Assembly (NCBI GenBank): GCA_965602015.1
Contig: OZ271918.1
Span: 3,520,001-3,584,000 of the forward strand
DNA length: 64,000 nt
Reading direction: 5' to 3'
DNA from: Salinispira sp.
Lineage (GTDB): Bacteria; Spirochaetota; Spirochaetia; DSM-27196; Salinispiraceae
The position numbers and the translations under genes are program-made. Positions within the stretch are counted from its first letter, which is position 1; the number at the start of each line of letters is the position of its first letter. A model generated the notes under the pieces. The model saw only the letters and a program-made list of their open reading frames with translations, had not been told where the DNA came from and ran no database searches. Shown in pieces: positions 1 to 10,426 of the stretch.

Positions 1-703
1 CGGTGAATCCCGCTACCCGGCTATTGCCGGTGCTTTCCCGGCCTAAGGCGCTGACGATGCCCTGCGTCACCGTTGAACGGAAGCCCAGGGGAGACCCGAC
101 GGCCATAACGATATCGCCGACCTGGAGTCCGTCGGAATCGCCTATTTCGGCAAGGGGCATTTCCTCATCGGTGATGACCCGGACTATCGCCAGGTCCCTG
201 CCGGGATCGCTTCCCGCCAGTTCGCCATTAAATTCCCGGCCGTCAAAAAGAGTGACTAAAATCTCGTCCGCATCGCCCACTACGTGGTAATTGCTCAGGA
301 TGTATACAGATTCCTGGTCGCGGCTTACGATTACGCCGGAACCTATGCCTTCCTGCTGTTCTTCCCGGGGCGTGCGGTTGTTGTCGAAGAAAAAATCAAA
401 GGGCGAGCGGTTCGAAGGCACCCGCCTCTGCACATTTTCCACTACCTCTACCGAGACCACCGCCGGCAATATTCCCTCGGCAGTGCTGCGAAGAGCGGCC
501 TGCATCATATCAAGGTCACGGGAGACCGGTCCTTCAGCTCCGGCGTCGAAAGAGGCTGAGGGCTGAATTTCAATAATCGAACTGCCGCCGCTGCCCAGTA
601 AGTATCCGGCTCCCAAGGCAGCGCCGAGGGCCGCCAGGGAAATGAGAACAACGACAATTCTTTTAATCCCGCTGTTTGGTCTTGGGGTTACATTGCGTTC
701 CAT
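1..703 (-). CDS. htrA: HtrA/DegP-family serine protease (N-terminal part; runs off window start)
   Basis: Not in ORF track. Manual translation from ATG at 703 (RBS GGAGG): MERNVTPR..TM anchor..PAVVSV..GIGSGVIV..ILSNYHVV..DLAIV..VGDIVMAVGSPLGFRSTVTQGIVSALGR. Confidence 0.92.
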   Translation of the reverse strand, partial: MERNVTPRPNSGIKRIVVVLISLAALGAALGAGYLLGSGGSSIIEIQPSASFDAGAEGPVSRDLDMMQAALRSTAEGILPAVVSVEVVENVQRRVPSNRSPFDFFFDNNRTPREEQQEGIGSGVIVSRDQESVYILSNYHVVGDADEILVTLFDGREFNGELAGSDPGRDLAIVRVITDEEMPLAEIGDSDGLQVGDIVMAVGSPLGFRSTVTQGIVSALGRESTGNSRVAGFT

Positions 704-767
704 GCTTTACCTCCGGTTTCTCTGATATGAAAATAACCGGCGTTCCTATCGCATGCATGAACGCAGC

Positions 768-783
768 ATTACATTTTTGTAAT
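768..783. promoter_or_regulatory. Inverted repeat ATTACA-N4-TGTAAT upstream of htrA, candidate OmpR-family (CzcR/CusR-like) box
   Basis: ATTACATTTTTGTAAT about 65 bp upstream of htrA start; adjacent CusR/CzcR-like regulator. Confidence 0.55.
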
Positions 784-848
784 TCTAGTACTGCCCCGAA
801 AACAGCTGATTTCCACCCGCCCATGGTGCCGGCACGGGAACGCGGAGG

Positions 849-2243
849 TTAACCCGGAGCCTCGGATTCCGGCAGCAGGACCGAGAACCTGCTCCCTCTT
901 CCCGCTGTGCTTTCCGCTTCAACCCGTCCCCCATGGGCTTCAGCCAGGGCCTTCACCAAAGCCAAGCCGAGGCCGCTGCCGGGAAACGACCGGCTCTTGT
1001 CCCCCCGATACATCCGCTCCCAAATATGCGGAAGGTCTTCTTCCTCGATTCCCGGACCCCGGTCGCTGACCGATATGCAAATATTAGCTTCCTGCCGACG
1101 GATTTCTATGGCGATGGGGCTTCCCTCCGGGCTGTACTTAATCGCGTTGTCCAGGTAATTAGCGAGAATCTGCCTAACGGCGTCGGGGCGGACCGTGGCG
1201 TACAGCGGAGCCTGGGGAGCACGCACCTCAATGCGACCCTCGCCCTCGGGCCCGGAATAAGAATAGAGGTCCGCCAAATCCGAGGCCAGCTCAACAATAT
1301 CATGGGTTTCCAGTTTTCCCGGAACCATGTGGTTCTCCGCCCTGCTTATTTCCATAACGGTTTTAATGATTCCCTCAATATGCCGGGCCTCGTCGAGACA
1401 GACTTGCAATGCTTTTTCGCTTTCCTGTACATTCCCGGGATTCTGGAGGGCCATCTCCGCCCTCTGTGCAAGGCGGGTTATGGGGGTCCGCAAATCATGG
1501 GCGATGTTGTCCAGACCGCTGCGGGATCCCCTGATGAGTCGGGCAATCTGGCCGCTCATTTCGTTGAAGCTTTGGGTCAACAGCTCGATTTCCTCTCCGG
1601 CTCCCGGAGCGGACAGGGCGACTCTTCCGATTTCCGAAGCCTGTATGTTTCCGATCTCTCTCGCGAGATCGCTTATGGGCCGGACCATTCGCCTGGCAGC
1701 CGCTGCGGACACGCCGAGTCCGGGCAAGGCTATCAGCAGCACCATCAGCAATGAGCCAGAGGTGAACCTGGCCAGTATGCCCCTGCGCTCTTCTGCGGAA
1801 ATTATCAGCTGCAGCTGATTTCCGTCCCCCAGTACCAGGTTGCGGATTTCCAAATTTCCTCCGGGAGTACGGCTGTCCAGAGTATATATGCGGTTTTCCT
1901 CCATAGGTAATTGCGAAAGGGCGTTGTCCAGAACGGGCAGGTTCCATACCGAGGGCGCATAGAAATACAATGTCCGGTTTTCCGCGCTGGCGATGCGGAT
2001 GGCGAATAATCGGTCTTCGGCGGCCAGCTGCTCCAGGCTGAGCTCACGCCTGATCAGGTTTATTCCTCCGCTGCGGTATACTGCCCAATACTCCAGCAGT
2101 CGGTTGTCGAGGAAGCCCCGGTCCGCCCTGGTGAGGCTGGAGCGCAGGTAAAAAATCGACGCCAGAGTTACTGCGCCGGCGGTTACGGTGAACAACAATA
2201 GAAATGACGCGATAAAACGGGTGCTAATTTTCCCGAATGACAT
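849..2243 (-). CDS. HAMP-domain sensor histidine kinase
   Basis: Two TM segments, H-box IAHDLRTP, N-box NYLDNAIKYS, G-boxes DRGPGI and GSGLGL. Confidence 0.93.
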   Translation of the reverse strand: MSFGKISTRFIASFLLLFTVTAGAVTLASIFYLRSSLTRADRGFLDNRLLEYWAVYRSGGINLIRRELSLEQLAAEDRLFAIRIASAENRTLYFYAPSVWNLPVLDNALSQLPMEENRIYTLDSRTPGGNLEIRNLVLGDGNQLQLIISAEERRGILARFTSGSLLMVLLIALPGLGVSAAAARRMVRPISDLAREIGNIQASEIGRVALSAPGAGEEIELLTQSFNEMSGQIARLIRGSRSGLDNIAHDLRTPITRLAQRAEMALQNPGNVQESEKALQVCLDEARHIEGIIKTVMEISRAENHMVPGKLETHDIVELASDLADLYSYSGPEGEGRIEVRAPQAPLYATVRPDAVRQILANYLDNAIKYSPEGSPIAIEIRRQEANICISVSDRGPGIEEEDLPHIWERMYRGDKSRSFPGSGLGLALVKALAEAHGGRVEAESTAGRGSRFSVLLPESEAPG

Positions 2244-2904
2244 AGCCGGTTCCCCTGACGGTGTGGATAAGCTCGTGTTCCGGATCCACTTTCCCCCGGA
2301 GTCGATGGACCAGGACGTCTACCACATTGGTTTGAGGATCGAAGTGATAATCCCAAATGTGCTCGAGGATCATGGTTTTGGACACCACATTGCCCTGATT
2401 CACTAACAAGTATTCCAGGAGGGCGAATTCCCGTTTGGGAAGTTCGATTGCCGCACCGCGGCTTCTTACAAGTCGTTTTAACCGGTCCAGTTCGATAAAT
2501 CCGCAGCGCAGCAGGCCTTCGGCAGGTTTTTGCCCGGTGGCTCCGGCGGCCCTGCGCAGCAACGCCTGCACCCGGGCCAGCAGCTCGGCAAAGCTGAAGG
2601 GTTTGGTGAGGTAGTCATCGGCCCCGGCCGCAAAGCCTTCCAGGCGGTTGTCGACGTCGGTGCGGGCGCTGAGAATGATTACCGGGGTTTGAAATCCCCT
2701 GCCACGCAGTTCATGTATGATCTCCAGCCCCGACATCCCTGGCAGCATGATGTCCAATACGAGACAATCGTATTCATGTTTCACGGCCATTTTCAGACCT
2801 TCTGAACCATTACCGGTGGTGTCGCAGTCAAAGCGGTGCTGTTCAAAACCCTTTGATATAAACCGGCGAATGGCCTCGTCATCTTCAACAATGAGAATCC
2901 GCAT
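2224..2904 (-). CDS. OmpR-family response regulator (CusR/CzcR-like)
   Basis: MRILIVEDD, LDIMLP, ADDYLTKPF, HIWDYHFDPQTNVVDVLVHRLR..TVRGTGY; overlaps kinase start. Confidence 0.95.
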   Translation of the reverse strand: MRILIVEDDEAIRRFISKGFEQHRFDCDTTGNGSEGLKMAVKHEYDCLVLDIMLPGMSGLEIIHELRGRGFQTPVIILSARTDVDNRLEGFAAGADDYLTKPFSFAELLARVQALLRRAAGATGQKPAEGLLRCGFIELDRLKRLVRSRGAAIELPKREFALLEYLLVNQGNVVSKTMILEHIWDYHFDPQTNVVDVLVHRLRGKVDPEHELIHTVRGTGYVIREN

Positions 2905-3009
2905 CTGATCTCCAGTTTTATTATAGCAAAAATGTTGATTGATATGAAATTTGCGGCAATGGCGAGGATGAAATACAATTCCATAGATCGCAATGCTTGA
3001 GGAGTATTA

Positions 3010-3456
3010 ATGAGAAAGCGGCAAATGACAATTCTGCTTGGTATTCTATTATTTTGCGTATTTACCACCGGCGCGGTCGCCCAGGGCTTTGGAATCGGGG
3101 TAATTGCCGGCGAGCCAAGCGGCATAAGCATGAAGTCCGGGAGCTTTCCGGTTATCGGCATCGGCTGGTCGACCATCCTTAACCGTCTGGACGCCACGGT
3201 GGATATGTGGATTATCAATGAAGCCCTTGCAGACCCTTTCAACTGGTACCTCGGTGTGGGAGGGAAGCTCGGACTCAGATTCGCGGATGACAAAGACGGG
3301 GGCCCAGTGGGTCTCGGAGTACGGGTGCCTGTGGGCCTGCAGTGGTGGTTACGTGGAGACATTGAACTGTTTCTCGAGCTGGCTCCTGGCCTGGCCCTGC
3401 TTCCGTCAACCGTGTTTGATTTCGGCGGCGGAGTGGGCATACGCTTTTATTTTTAG
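3010..3456 (+). CDS. Small outer-membrane beta-barrel protein (BAPKO_0422/DUF3996-like)
   Basis: Signal peptide, amphipathic Gly/aromatic strands (GIGVIAGEPSG, RVPVGL, ELFLELAPG), C-terminal RFYF; RBS GAGGAG. Confidence 0.7.
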   Translation: MRKRQMTILLGILLFCVFTTGAVAQGFGIGVIAGEPSGISMKSGSFPVIGIGWSTILNRLDATVDMWIINEALADPFNWYLGVGGKLGLRFADDKDGGPVGLGVRVPVGLQWWLRGDIELFLELAPGLALLPSTVFDFGGGVGIRFYF

Positions 3457-3501
3457 CGTATTTCCTTTTAGCGCTCTTACAGACGAGGAGCCTGTTTTAA
3501 G

Positions 3502-4848
3502 GTGGGCGGGTTGATTCTTCAAATAGTGGCTCTGTTGATCTCTGTATTTGCCCTGGTATACTTCGCCTACCGCGGGGTAAGCGTCCTTGTGCTCGCCCCC
3601 CTTTTGGCGATGATTACTGCGGTCATGGCCGGTGATTTTCCGGGCTTAACGGCTCTTTCGAGCCACTTCATGCCCGCTGCGGCACAGTACATCTCGATAT
3701 ATTTTCCGGTCTTTCTGAGCGGAGCCTTATTCGGCAAGCTGATGAGCGCTTCGGGCTCCGCCGAACGGATAGCCCATTGGATAGTCGGCCGCTTCGGCGC
3801 TCGACGGGCGGTGCCTGCGGTGTTCATTGCCACGGCGGTGCTTACATACGGCGGCGTATCGCTGTTCATCGTGGTTTTCGCCATGTATCCCATTGCCGCA
3901 ATGCTGTTCCGCGAGGCGGACATTCCAAAGCGGCTCATACCTGCAGTGATTGCAGCCGGCGCCTTCACTTTTACCATGACCGGCATGCCCGGTTCTCCGC
4001 AGGCGCTCAACGCCATGCCGACAGTTTATTTTAATACGGGAATTTATGCCGGCGCCGTTCCGGGACTGGCTGCTTCTGCGGTTATGGTAGTCCTTTCCCT
4101 GTGGTGGCTCGGCCGTTCGGCCCGGCGGGCCGCCGCCCGGGGTGAGGGTTACGGAACTCACCGGGAAGTCGAGCTTTGTGAGGCCACTGACCGACTGCCC
4201 CCCCTGCGGGCCGCAGTGCTTCCCCTTCTGCTAATTTTTATCTTCAATGCGCTGCTCGACGGCCTGATTTTTGCCGATGTCAGGGTTGCGGACCGCTTCG
4301 GGAACTCGGTCAACGGAACCTGGCCGGTAATCATTTCCATCAGCCTGACCTCATGTGTAATGCTTGTCTACTTGAGAAGATATCTTCCTTCGCCACTCAA
4401 ACTCGTCAGGGAGGGAGCCGAATCTTCACTCATTCCGACATTCAATACCGCCTCCGTGGTGGGCTACGGAGGGGTAGTCCGGGCCCTGACCTCCTTCGCC
4501 CTGATCAAGGGCGCTCTTTCGGCAATGAGGCTTCCTGAAGTTCTCAAAGTCGGTCTGTCGACCGGCGTAATTTCGGGGATTGTCGGTTCGGCTTCCGGCG
4601 GCACGGCAATTGCCCTGGATTTGCTGGCTCCTGAGTTTCTTGAAATGTCGGTTCATCCCGGCACGCTGCACCGCATCCTTGTATTGTCATCGGGAGTTTT
4701 TGATTCACTGCCCCACAGCGGCGGGATAATCACCCTGCTGGCAGTAACCGGCCTGAGTCATCGCGAAAGCTACGCAGACATCGCGGCGGTTACCATAGCC
4801 TCGCCGCTGTTGGCAACCGGGGTCGCAATGGCTGTTGCCATGCTGTAA
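3502..4848 (+). CDS. GntP-family permease (organic acid transporter)
   Basis: Polytopic; FLSGALFGKLM..SGSA, LTYGGVSLF, MPGSPQ..N, GSASGG, DSLPHSG motifs. Confidence 0.85.
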   Translation: MGGLILQIVALLISVFALVYFAYRGVSVLVLAPLLAMITAVMAGDFPGLTALSSHFMPAAAQYISIYFPVFLSGALFGKLMSASGSAERIAHWIVGRFGARRAVPAVFIATAVLTYGGVSLFIVVFAMYPIAAMLFREADIPKRLIPAVIAAGAFTFTMTGMPGSPQALNAMPTVYFNTGIYAGAVPGLAASAVMVVLSLWWLGRSARRAAARGEGYGTHREVELCEATDRLPPLRAAVLPLLLIFIFNALLDGLIFADVRVADRFGNSVNGTWPVIISISLTSCVMLVYLRRYLPSPLKLVREGAESSLIPTFNTASVVGYGGVVRALTSFALIKGALSAMRLPEVLKVGLSTGVISGIVGSASGGTAIALDLLAPEFLEMSVHPGTLHRILVLSSGVFDSLPHSGGIITLLAVTGLSHRESYADIAAVTIASPLLATGVAMAVAML

Positions 4849-4849
4849 A

Positions 4850-5044
4850 TCAGGAATTAATGACCTTTACCCGCCCGACCTGGCCGTCGTCCAGCCGAAC
4901 TTTAATTCCGTGGGGATGGTAGGCTGACTTGGTGAGTATATCCTGTACAGTGCCCTCGGTCAGTTTTCCGCTGCGCTGATCGTGCTTGAGTACGATTGAG
5001 ACCTTCGCGCCGGAAACTATATTCTTACGTTCCCTGCCATCCAC
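4850..5044 (-). CDS. YwbE-family protein (DUF2196)
   Basis: IVLKHDQRSGKLTEG.V..ILTKS..HPHGIKVRL..GQVGRV; GTG start after AAGGAGG. Confidence 0.9.
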   Translation of the reverse strand: MDGRERKNIVSGAKVSIVLKHDQRSGKLTEGTVQDILTKSAYHPHGIKVRLDDGQVGRVKVINS

Positions 5045-5078
5045 TGGCTGCCTCCTTGCTGTGAAATCCTGCCGCTGA

Positions 5079-6200
5079 CTAAATAACCGACATCAGAATG
5101 CCCGCCGCAAGTGCCGACCCGATAACCCCGGCCACATTGGGTCCCATGGCGTGGACAAGCAGGTAATTGTCCGGATCTTCCTGCCTGCCCAAAGTATGGG
5201 CCACCCGGGCTGCCATGGGGACCGCCGAAACCCCGGCGGCTCCCACCAGAGGATTGATTTTTTCCTTTGAGAGAAGATTCATGAGTTTGGCAAAGAGCAC
5301 ACCGCAGGCTGTTGCGACGGAAAACGCCACAGCTCCGAGAAGAAAAATTTGAATGACCTCCCAGCTCAAAAACTTGTCAGCCCTGGTGCTTACCCCGATG
5401 GAAAAACCGAGCAGGATGGTAACCGAGTCGATAAAACTGGTGCGGGCGGTCTGGGCGAGCCGTTCGGTCACCCCACTCTCCTTGAGTATATTCCCGAAAA
5501 AGAGGGTGCCGAGCAGGGGGATGGCCCCCGGGGCCAGCAGGGTGGTAATGATCAATCCAGCGATGGGGAAGAGCACCTTCTCCCTGCGGGAAACCTGTCG
5601 CTGGGGCTTCATGCGAATTCTCCGTTCTTCCTTGCTGGTGAGCAGCTTGATAATCGGAGGCTGGATAAAGGGAACAAGGGCCATATAAGAATAGCCGGCG
5701 ATGGCCGTGGCGCCCAGGAGCTGGGGGGCCAGCTTGCTGGTCACGAAAATGGTCGTGGGCCCGTCGGCACCGCCGATAATGCCGATGCTCGCCGCCTCGT
5801 TTATCGGGAAACCGAGGGCAAGAGCCCCCAGCATGGTCAGGAAGATGCCTGCCTGGGCGGCGGCCCCGAGCAGGATGAGCTTCGGGTTCGCCAACATGGC
5901 TGAGAAGTCGGTCATTGCGCCAAGACCGAGGAAAATCAGCGGCGGAAAAATGCCCTGCTTTACTCCCGTGTAGATTGTGTTAAGGAAGCTTCCTTCTTCA
6001 AAAACCGACACCCCTTCTACCATGCCGGCGGGAATATTCCCGACGATAATGCCGAAGCCTATGGGAACCAGCAGCAGGGGCTCCCAGCCCTTGGTTATCG
6101 CCAGAATTATCAGGACTATGCCAACGGCTCCCATCAGCACGTTTCCCCAGCTGAGGCCTGCGAATCCCGTGCCGGCGAGATAGTTCAAAATGCTGTCCAT
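5079..6200 (-). CDS. mmdB: Na+-translocating decarboxylase beta subunit
   Basis: EPLLLVPIGFG, GAMTDF, AASIGIIGGADGPT, GVSAVPMAARV, MGPNVAGVIGSA. Confidence 0.95.
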   Translation of the reverse strand: MDSILNYLAGTGFAGLSWGNVLMGAVGIVLIILAITKGWEPLLLVPIGFGIIVGNIPAGMVEGVSVFEEGSFLNTIYTGVKQGIFPPLIFLGLGAMTDFSAMLANPKLILLGAAAQAGIFLTMLGALALGFPINEAASIGIIGGADGPTTIFVTSKLAPQLLGATAIAGYSYMALVPFIQPPIIKLLTSKEERRIRMKPQRQVSRREKVLFPIAGLIITTLLAPGAIPLLGTLFFGNILKESGVTERLAQTARTSFIDSVTILLGFSIGVSTRADKFLSWEVIQIFLLGAVAFSVATACGVLFAKLMNLLSKEKINPLVGAAGVSAVPMAARVAHTLGRQEDPDNYLLVHAMGPNVAGVIGSALAAGILMSVI

Positions 6201-6212
6201 AGGGTATTCTCC

Positions 6213-6641
6213 TCAGTCCCCGATATGGGCTATCAGGTCGCCTTCCATGACGTTTTGGCCTTCGCTGACTGCCAGTTCTTTCACGGTGCCCGAATACGGG
6301 CTCATCACCTCATTCTGCATTTTCATCGCTTCCAGAATACATACGGTATCGCCGCTTTTTACCTGGTCTCCCGGTTTGACGTTGACCTTGATGACCGCTC
6401 CGGGAAGCGGGGCGGAAATCCTTCCGCTGGCGCTGAGGCCCGCCGGAGAGGTCCGCTTCACCGCCGGTACCTGTGAGACCGAAGTTTTCGGAATGGTGAT
6501 GGTGGGAGTTTTGCGCTGCTCCTCCTCGAGACTTACCTGATATTCTTCGCCGTTCACCGACAGCGTGAGCTGGCTGCCGTCGATGGCGTGAATATCGACC
6601 TTGTACGAATTGCCGCTTATTTTGAATGTGAACTGCTTCAT
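6213..6641 (-). CDS. mmdC: Biotin carboxyl carrier (gamma subunit) of Na+-pumping decarboxylase
   Basis: EAMKM biotinyl motif; start reassigned to MKQFTF (ATG 6641, RBS AGGAG, ATGA overlap with upstream stop). Confidence 0.92.
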   Translation of the reverse strand: MKQFTFKISGNSYKVDIHAIDGSQLTLSVNGEEYQVSLEEEQRKTPTITIPKTSVSQVPAVKRTSPAGLSASGRISAPLPGAVIKVNVKPGDQVKSGDTVCILEAMKMQNEVMSPYSGTVKELAVSEGQNVMEGDLIAHIGD

Positions 6642-7015
6642 CTGTTCTTCTCCTGGATTCGACGGCTCTGCATGTGCTGGTGTTGGGAAATGAGGTCGAC
6701 GGTTTGTCCCTGCTTCCACGGCGAAAAGGGCTTGGTCACCTTGGTGATGGTCAGCCGGGCCTCCTTCTCGAGATCAAATGACCGCAGGTCAAGAAATATT
6801 GCCGCGGCGATGGCCGCCACCACCTCGGTATTGGCGGGCTGGCAGCGGGCGGGACCCGGGTCTTCCGGGTCAGGGCAGCCTTCACCGTTCTTGTTTGCGA
6901 TCCTCATAAATAGCGCTTTGCTGATTGTCAGGACTATTGTCAGGAGCAGCAGCCCGAGGAAGACGCCGAGTATTCCGAGGGCGGCGATGTAGAGGTATTC
7001 TCCCAGGCCGGTCAT
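6638..7015 (-). CDS. mmdD: OadG/MmdD-like delta subunit
   Basis: N-terminal TM helix, Pro-rich linker, [15 protein letters not shown]; sits between alpha and biotin subunits. Confidence 0.8.
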   Translation of the reverse strand: MTGLGEYLYIAALGILGVFLGLLLLTIVLTISKALFMRIANKNGEGCPDPEDPGPARCQPANTEVVAAIAAAIFLDLRSFDLEKEARLTITKVTKPFSPWKQGQTVDLISQHQHMQSRRIQEKNR

Positions 7016-8562
7016 AGGGGTATGTTCCCGTGTTTTTTCGGCGGATTCGAGGCCCTTTTGGTGGACAGCATTTCCAGGGATCGGATAACCCGGAAGCGGG
7101 TCTTCGACGGCTCGATAATATCGTCGATGTATCCCCGCCTTGCAGCAGCATAGGGGGATGTGAATTCGCTGCGGTAGTATTCAATTTTTTCATCGAGAAG
7201 CGCCGCGGGATTATCGCTCTCTTTTATTTCCTTGGAAAAAATGATCTCCGCGGCTCCCTCGGCGCCCATCACGGCAATTTCCGCGCTGGGCCAGGCGAAG
7301 TTGATGTCGCCTCCGATGTGTTTGGAGCTCATCACGTCGTACGCGCCACCGTAGGCTTTGCGGGTTATAACCGTCACCTTGGGCACCGTCGCCTCGGAAA
7401 ATGCGTAGAGCAGCTTGGCCCCGTGGGTGATAATTCCGCCGTATTCCTGCACGGTGCCCGGCAGGAAGCCCGGAACGTCGACGAAGGTGAGGATTGGAAT
7501 ATTGAATGCGTCGCAGAAGCGGACAAATCTGGCGGCCTTGCGGCTTGAGTTGATGTCCAGGACCCCGGCGAGGACCTTGGGCTGATTGGCTACAATGCCT
7601 ACCGACCTGCCGTTCATTCTGGCGAAACCGGTAATAATGTTCGCCGCGTAGAGCCGTTGGATTTCCAGAAACTCGCCGTCATCCACCACTTCTGTTATAA
7701 CGTCTTTCATGTCGTAGGCGATATTCGCCGATTCGGGGATGATGGCGTTTAACGCATCGCTCTCCCGGTGTTCCGGATCGTTACTGGGAACAAGGGGCGT
7801 CTCATTGAGATTGTTCTGCGGAATGTAGCTCACCAGTTTCCGGATAAGCAAGAGGGCTTCCTCTTCGCTTTCCGCCGCAAAGTGGGCATTGCCGCTTTTG
7901 GTAGAATTTACCATGGCTCCGCCGAGCCCCTCGGTATCCACATCCTCATTGGTCACCGACTTCACCACCTTCGGCCCGGTAATAAACATGTAGCTGGAAT
8001 CTTTCACCATCACCGTGAAATCCGTCATGGCGGGGGAGTACACCGCACCACCGGCGCAGGGCCCAAGGATGGCTGAAATTTGGGGCACCACCCCCGACGC
8101 CCGGACGTTGCGGTGAAAAATTTCCGCATAACCCGCCAGGCTTTCGATGCCCTCCTGAATACGGGCGCCTCCCGAGTCATTCAGTCCAATTACCGGTGCG
8201 CCGACCTTCATGGCCATATCCATGATTTTCGTGATCTTTTCCGCAAAAGTTTCTGAAAGAGAGCCGCCGAAGACGGTGAAATCCTGGGAGAACACAAACA
8301 CCTGCCGCTCATCAATTGTGCCGTATCCGGTAATCACCCCGTCAGAGGGGAACTGTTTGTCTTCCAGGCCGAAATTATGGCAGCGGTGCTCCTTGAGAAT
8401 ATCGAACTCCTCAAAGCTTCCCTCGTCCAGCAGGATTAATAGTCGCTCACGGGCGGTGAGCTTGCCCTTGGCGTGCTGGGCGTCGATGCGCTTCTGGCCT
8501 CCGCCCAATGCGGCCTGCTCTTTTTTTTCCCGGAGCCGTAGTATTTGTTCGCGGTCAGCCAT
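7012..8562 (-). CDS. mmdA: Methylmalonyl-CoA decarboxylase alpha (carboxyltransferase) subunit
   Basis: [47 protein letters not shown]-terminal KKHGNIPL; start reassigned to MADREQ (8562). Confidence 0.93.
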   Translation of the reverse strand: MADREQILRLREKKEQAALGGGQKRIDAQHAKGKLTARERLLILLDEGSFEEFDILKEHRCHNFGLEDKQFPSDGVITGYGTIDERQVFVFSQDFTVFGGSLSETFAEKITKIMDMAMKVGAPVIGLNDSGGARIQEGIESLAGYAEIFHRNVRASGVVPQISAILGPCAGGAVYSPAMTDFTVMVKDSSYMFITGPKVVKSVTNEDVDTEGLGGAMVNSTKSGNAHFAAESEEEALLLIRKLVSYIPQNNLNETPLVPSNDPEHRESDALNAIIPESANIAYDMKDVITEVVDDGEFLEIQRLYAANIITGFARMNGRSVGIVANQPKVLAGVLDINSSRKAARFVRFCDAFNIPILTFVDVPGFLPGTVQEYGGIITHGAKLLYAFSEATVPKVTVITRKAYGGAYDVMSSKHIGGDINFAWPSAEIAVMGAEGAAEIIFSKEIKESDNPAALLDEKIEYYRSEFTSPYAAARRGYIDDIIEPSKTRFRVIRSLEMLSTKRASNPPKKHGNIPL

Positions 8563-9085
8563 TCTGTCCCTCCTCTGTACCCTCCTCTGTACCCTCCTCT
8601 GTACCCTCAGCTGTGGCTGCCTCTGGGCCGGCCGGGGCGGTACGCGATCCTGTGGCATGCACGGCTTCTCCCGAGGCATGGGATTTTTTCGGCTCGCAGA
8701 GCTCGGTGAGAACCCCGTGGGTCGATTTGGGGTGAGCAAAGGCAATAGTATTTCCATGGGCGCCCGGACGGGGTTCTTCGTCGATCATCCGGATACCCCG
8801 GTCTTTCATGTGATTCATATCGTTTTCCAGATCGCCGCTCCGGTATGCGATGTGGTGTATCCCTTCGCCCCGTTTTTCAATAAAGGCCGCAACGCTGCTG
8901 TCCGGCCCCGTTGGTTCCAGCAGCTCGATGCGCGTTCCACCCGCTGAAAAGAATGCCACCCGCACTTTCTGATCTTCAACGGTTTCGCTCCCTTCGAAAT
9001 AAAGCCCCAACACATCCCGGTAAAACGGAATCTGGTCATCGAGGGATTTGCACGCGATGGCGATGTGATCCACTCCCTGTATCAT
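8555..9085 (-). CDS. mce: Methylmalonyl-CoA epimerase with low-complexity C-terminal tail
   Basis: [42 protein letters not shown]; start at MIQGV after GGAGG. Confidence 0.93.
   Translation of the reverse strand: MIQGVDHIAIACKSLDDQIPFYRDVLGLYFEGSETVEDQKVRVAFFSAGGTRIELLEPTGPDSSVAAFIEKRGEGIHHIAYRSGDLENDMNHMKDRGIRMIDEEPRPGAHGNTIAFAHPKSTHGVLTELCEPKKSHASGEAVHATGSRTAPAGPEAATAEGTEEGTEEGTEEGQNG
8568..8608. repeat. 12-bp tandem repeat (CCCTCCTCTGTA)x3 plus partial
   Basis: Directly visible; encodes GTEE x3 at the end of the epimerase. Confidence 0.95.
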
Positions 9086-9996
9086 AGGTCCTCCCATATT
9101 CGCCTGATCTTTTTTCCGATGCCGTCGGCCAACTCGTAGGGCGAGACCCCGGAACTCAACGCCTTATCCAGAGCCTCGGCGCCGTCTTTTGATTCGAGGA
9201 TGTCGTTGAGAATTTCTTCAATGAGCCTGGCGGCGACGTGACGGTTTCGGCTTTCGAAAACCCCATGGGCTTCGTGACCCGCCAGGCTGACTTCCAGCAC
9301 CGCCTGCACAAGGTCATCGATATTGGTGCCGCTCAGGCTGTCCACCTGAAAAAGATGATCGTTGTTTTTGAGATATCCGCTCTGTAGCAGCTGCCTGACG
9401 GTTCGGCCCGGCGGGTTGACGTCTATTTTATTCAGGACGAAGTAGTCAGCGACTTCCATGATTCCCGCCTTGAGGAACTGGATTTCATCACCCATGCCCT
9501 CTACCATGATAAGAAAGACTGTATGGGCCACATCCCGTATTTCGATCTCGTTCTGGCCGACGCCCACCGATTCTACCAGAATGATGTCGTAGCCTGCGGC
9601 GGCATATAAATCGGTGATGTCGATAATTGATCGGGACAGGCCGCCCAGGTCGCCCCGGCTTGCAATGCTGCGGAAAAAAACCCGGTTCATGTCCCAGTCG
9701 TCGGCCATTCGAACCCGGTCGCCGAGGAATGCGCCGCCGCTGAACCGGCTCGACGGATCAACCGCCGCCACGGCTATTCTGAGGTCTTTTGCGGCGAGCC
9801 GACCGATGAGGGCGTTTATGCAGGTGCTTTTTCCCGCTCCGGGTGCGCCGGTTATGCCGATTACCGGCGTGCGCCTTGTGCCGTTGTGACGGTGAACCGC
9901 ATCCATCAGCTGAACATAACCGGCCTTCCGGTTTTCCACCACGGAAATGGCCTTGGCCAGGGCGAAGGTATCCCCCTCGATTATCTGATCTATCAC
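9082..9996 (-). CDS. meaB: MeaB/ArgK GTPase chaperone of methylmalonyl-CoA mutase
   Basis: GITGAPGAGKST, AVDPSS..SGGA.LGDRVRM, ESVGVGQNE, KAGIME, NKID; likely GTG start at 9996. Confidence 0.92.
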   Translation of the reverse strand: MIDQIIEGDTFALAKAISVVENRKAGYVQLMDAVHRHNGTRRTPVIGITGAPGAGKSTCINALIGRLAAKDLRIAVAAVDPSSRFSGGAFLGDRVRMADDWDMNRVFFRSIASRGDLGGLSRSIIDITDLYAAAGYDIILVESVGVGQNEIEIRDVAHTVFLIMVEGMGDEIQFLKAGIMEVADYFVLNKIDVNPPGRTVRQLLQSGYLKNNDHLFQVDSLSGTNIDDLVQAVLEVSLAGHEAHGVFESRNRHVAARLIEEILNDILESKDGAEALDKALSSGVSPYELADGIGKKIRRIWEDL

Positions 9997-9997
9997 G

Positions 9998-10402
9998 TCA
10001 GCCGACTTCCTGTCCGATTCGGTCTTCGATAAATCGCGCCACTTCACCCAGATTCGACCCGGGCTGGAAAATTCCCGCAATGCCGAAGGATTTGAGCTCG
10101 GGTATATCGTCATCGGGGATCACCCCGCCGCCGAAAACAAGGATGTTTTCCATGTGGCGGGTTTTCAACTCCTCCATTACCTGACGAAACAGGGTCAGAT
10201 GCCCGCCGGAAAGACTGCTCAAACCCACCACGTCGACATCTTCCTGCAGGGCGATATCCGCGATGGTCGCCGGGGTTTTTCGTATGCCCGTGTAGATCAC
10301 TTCCATCCCGTGGTCCATGAGATATTTGGCTACAACCTTCGCTCCCCGGTCATGACCGTCCAGGCCGGGCTTTGCTATCAGCACTTTTATTTTTCTCGCC
10401 AC
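9998..10402 (-). CDS. Methylmalonyl-CoA mutase, cobalamin-binding subunit
   Basis: KPGLDGHDRGAK (DxHxxG), GLSSLSGGH, GGVIP. Confidence 0.95.
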   Translation of the reverse strand: MARKIKVLIAKPGLDGHDRGAKVVAKYLMDHGMEVIYTGIRKTPATIADIALQEDVDVVGLSSLSGGHLTLFRQVMEELKTRHMENILVFGGGVIPDDDIPELKSFGIAGIFQPGSNLGEVARFIEDRIGQEVG

Positions 10403-10426
10403 AGATGACTCCTTTGCCGGCAGATA

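Noticed and set aside
3..1947. Plus-strand and alternate-frame ORFs over htrA and the kinase (and similar shadow ORFs throughout)
   Set aside because: Antisense or off-frame shadows of well-supported genes in GC-rich DNA, with no recognisable motifs.
8563..8757. N-terminal 'VQRR' extension of MmdA
   Set aside because: It is the alternative frame of the epimerase tail repeat; the SD supports a start at 8562.
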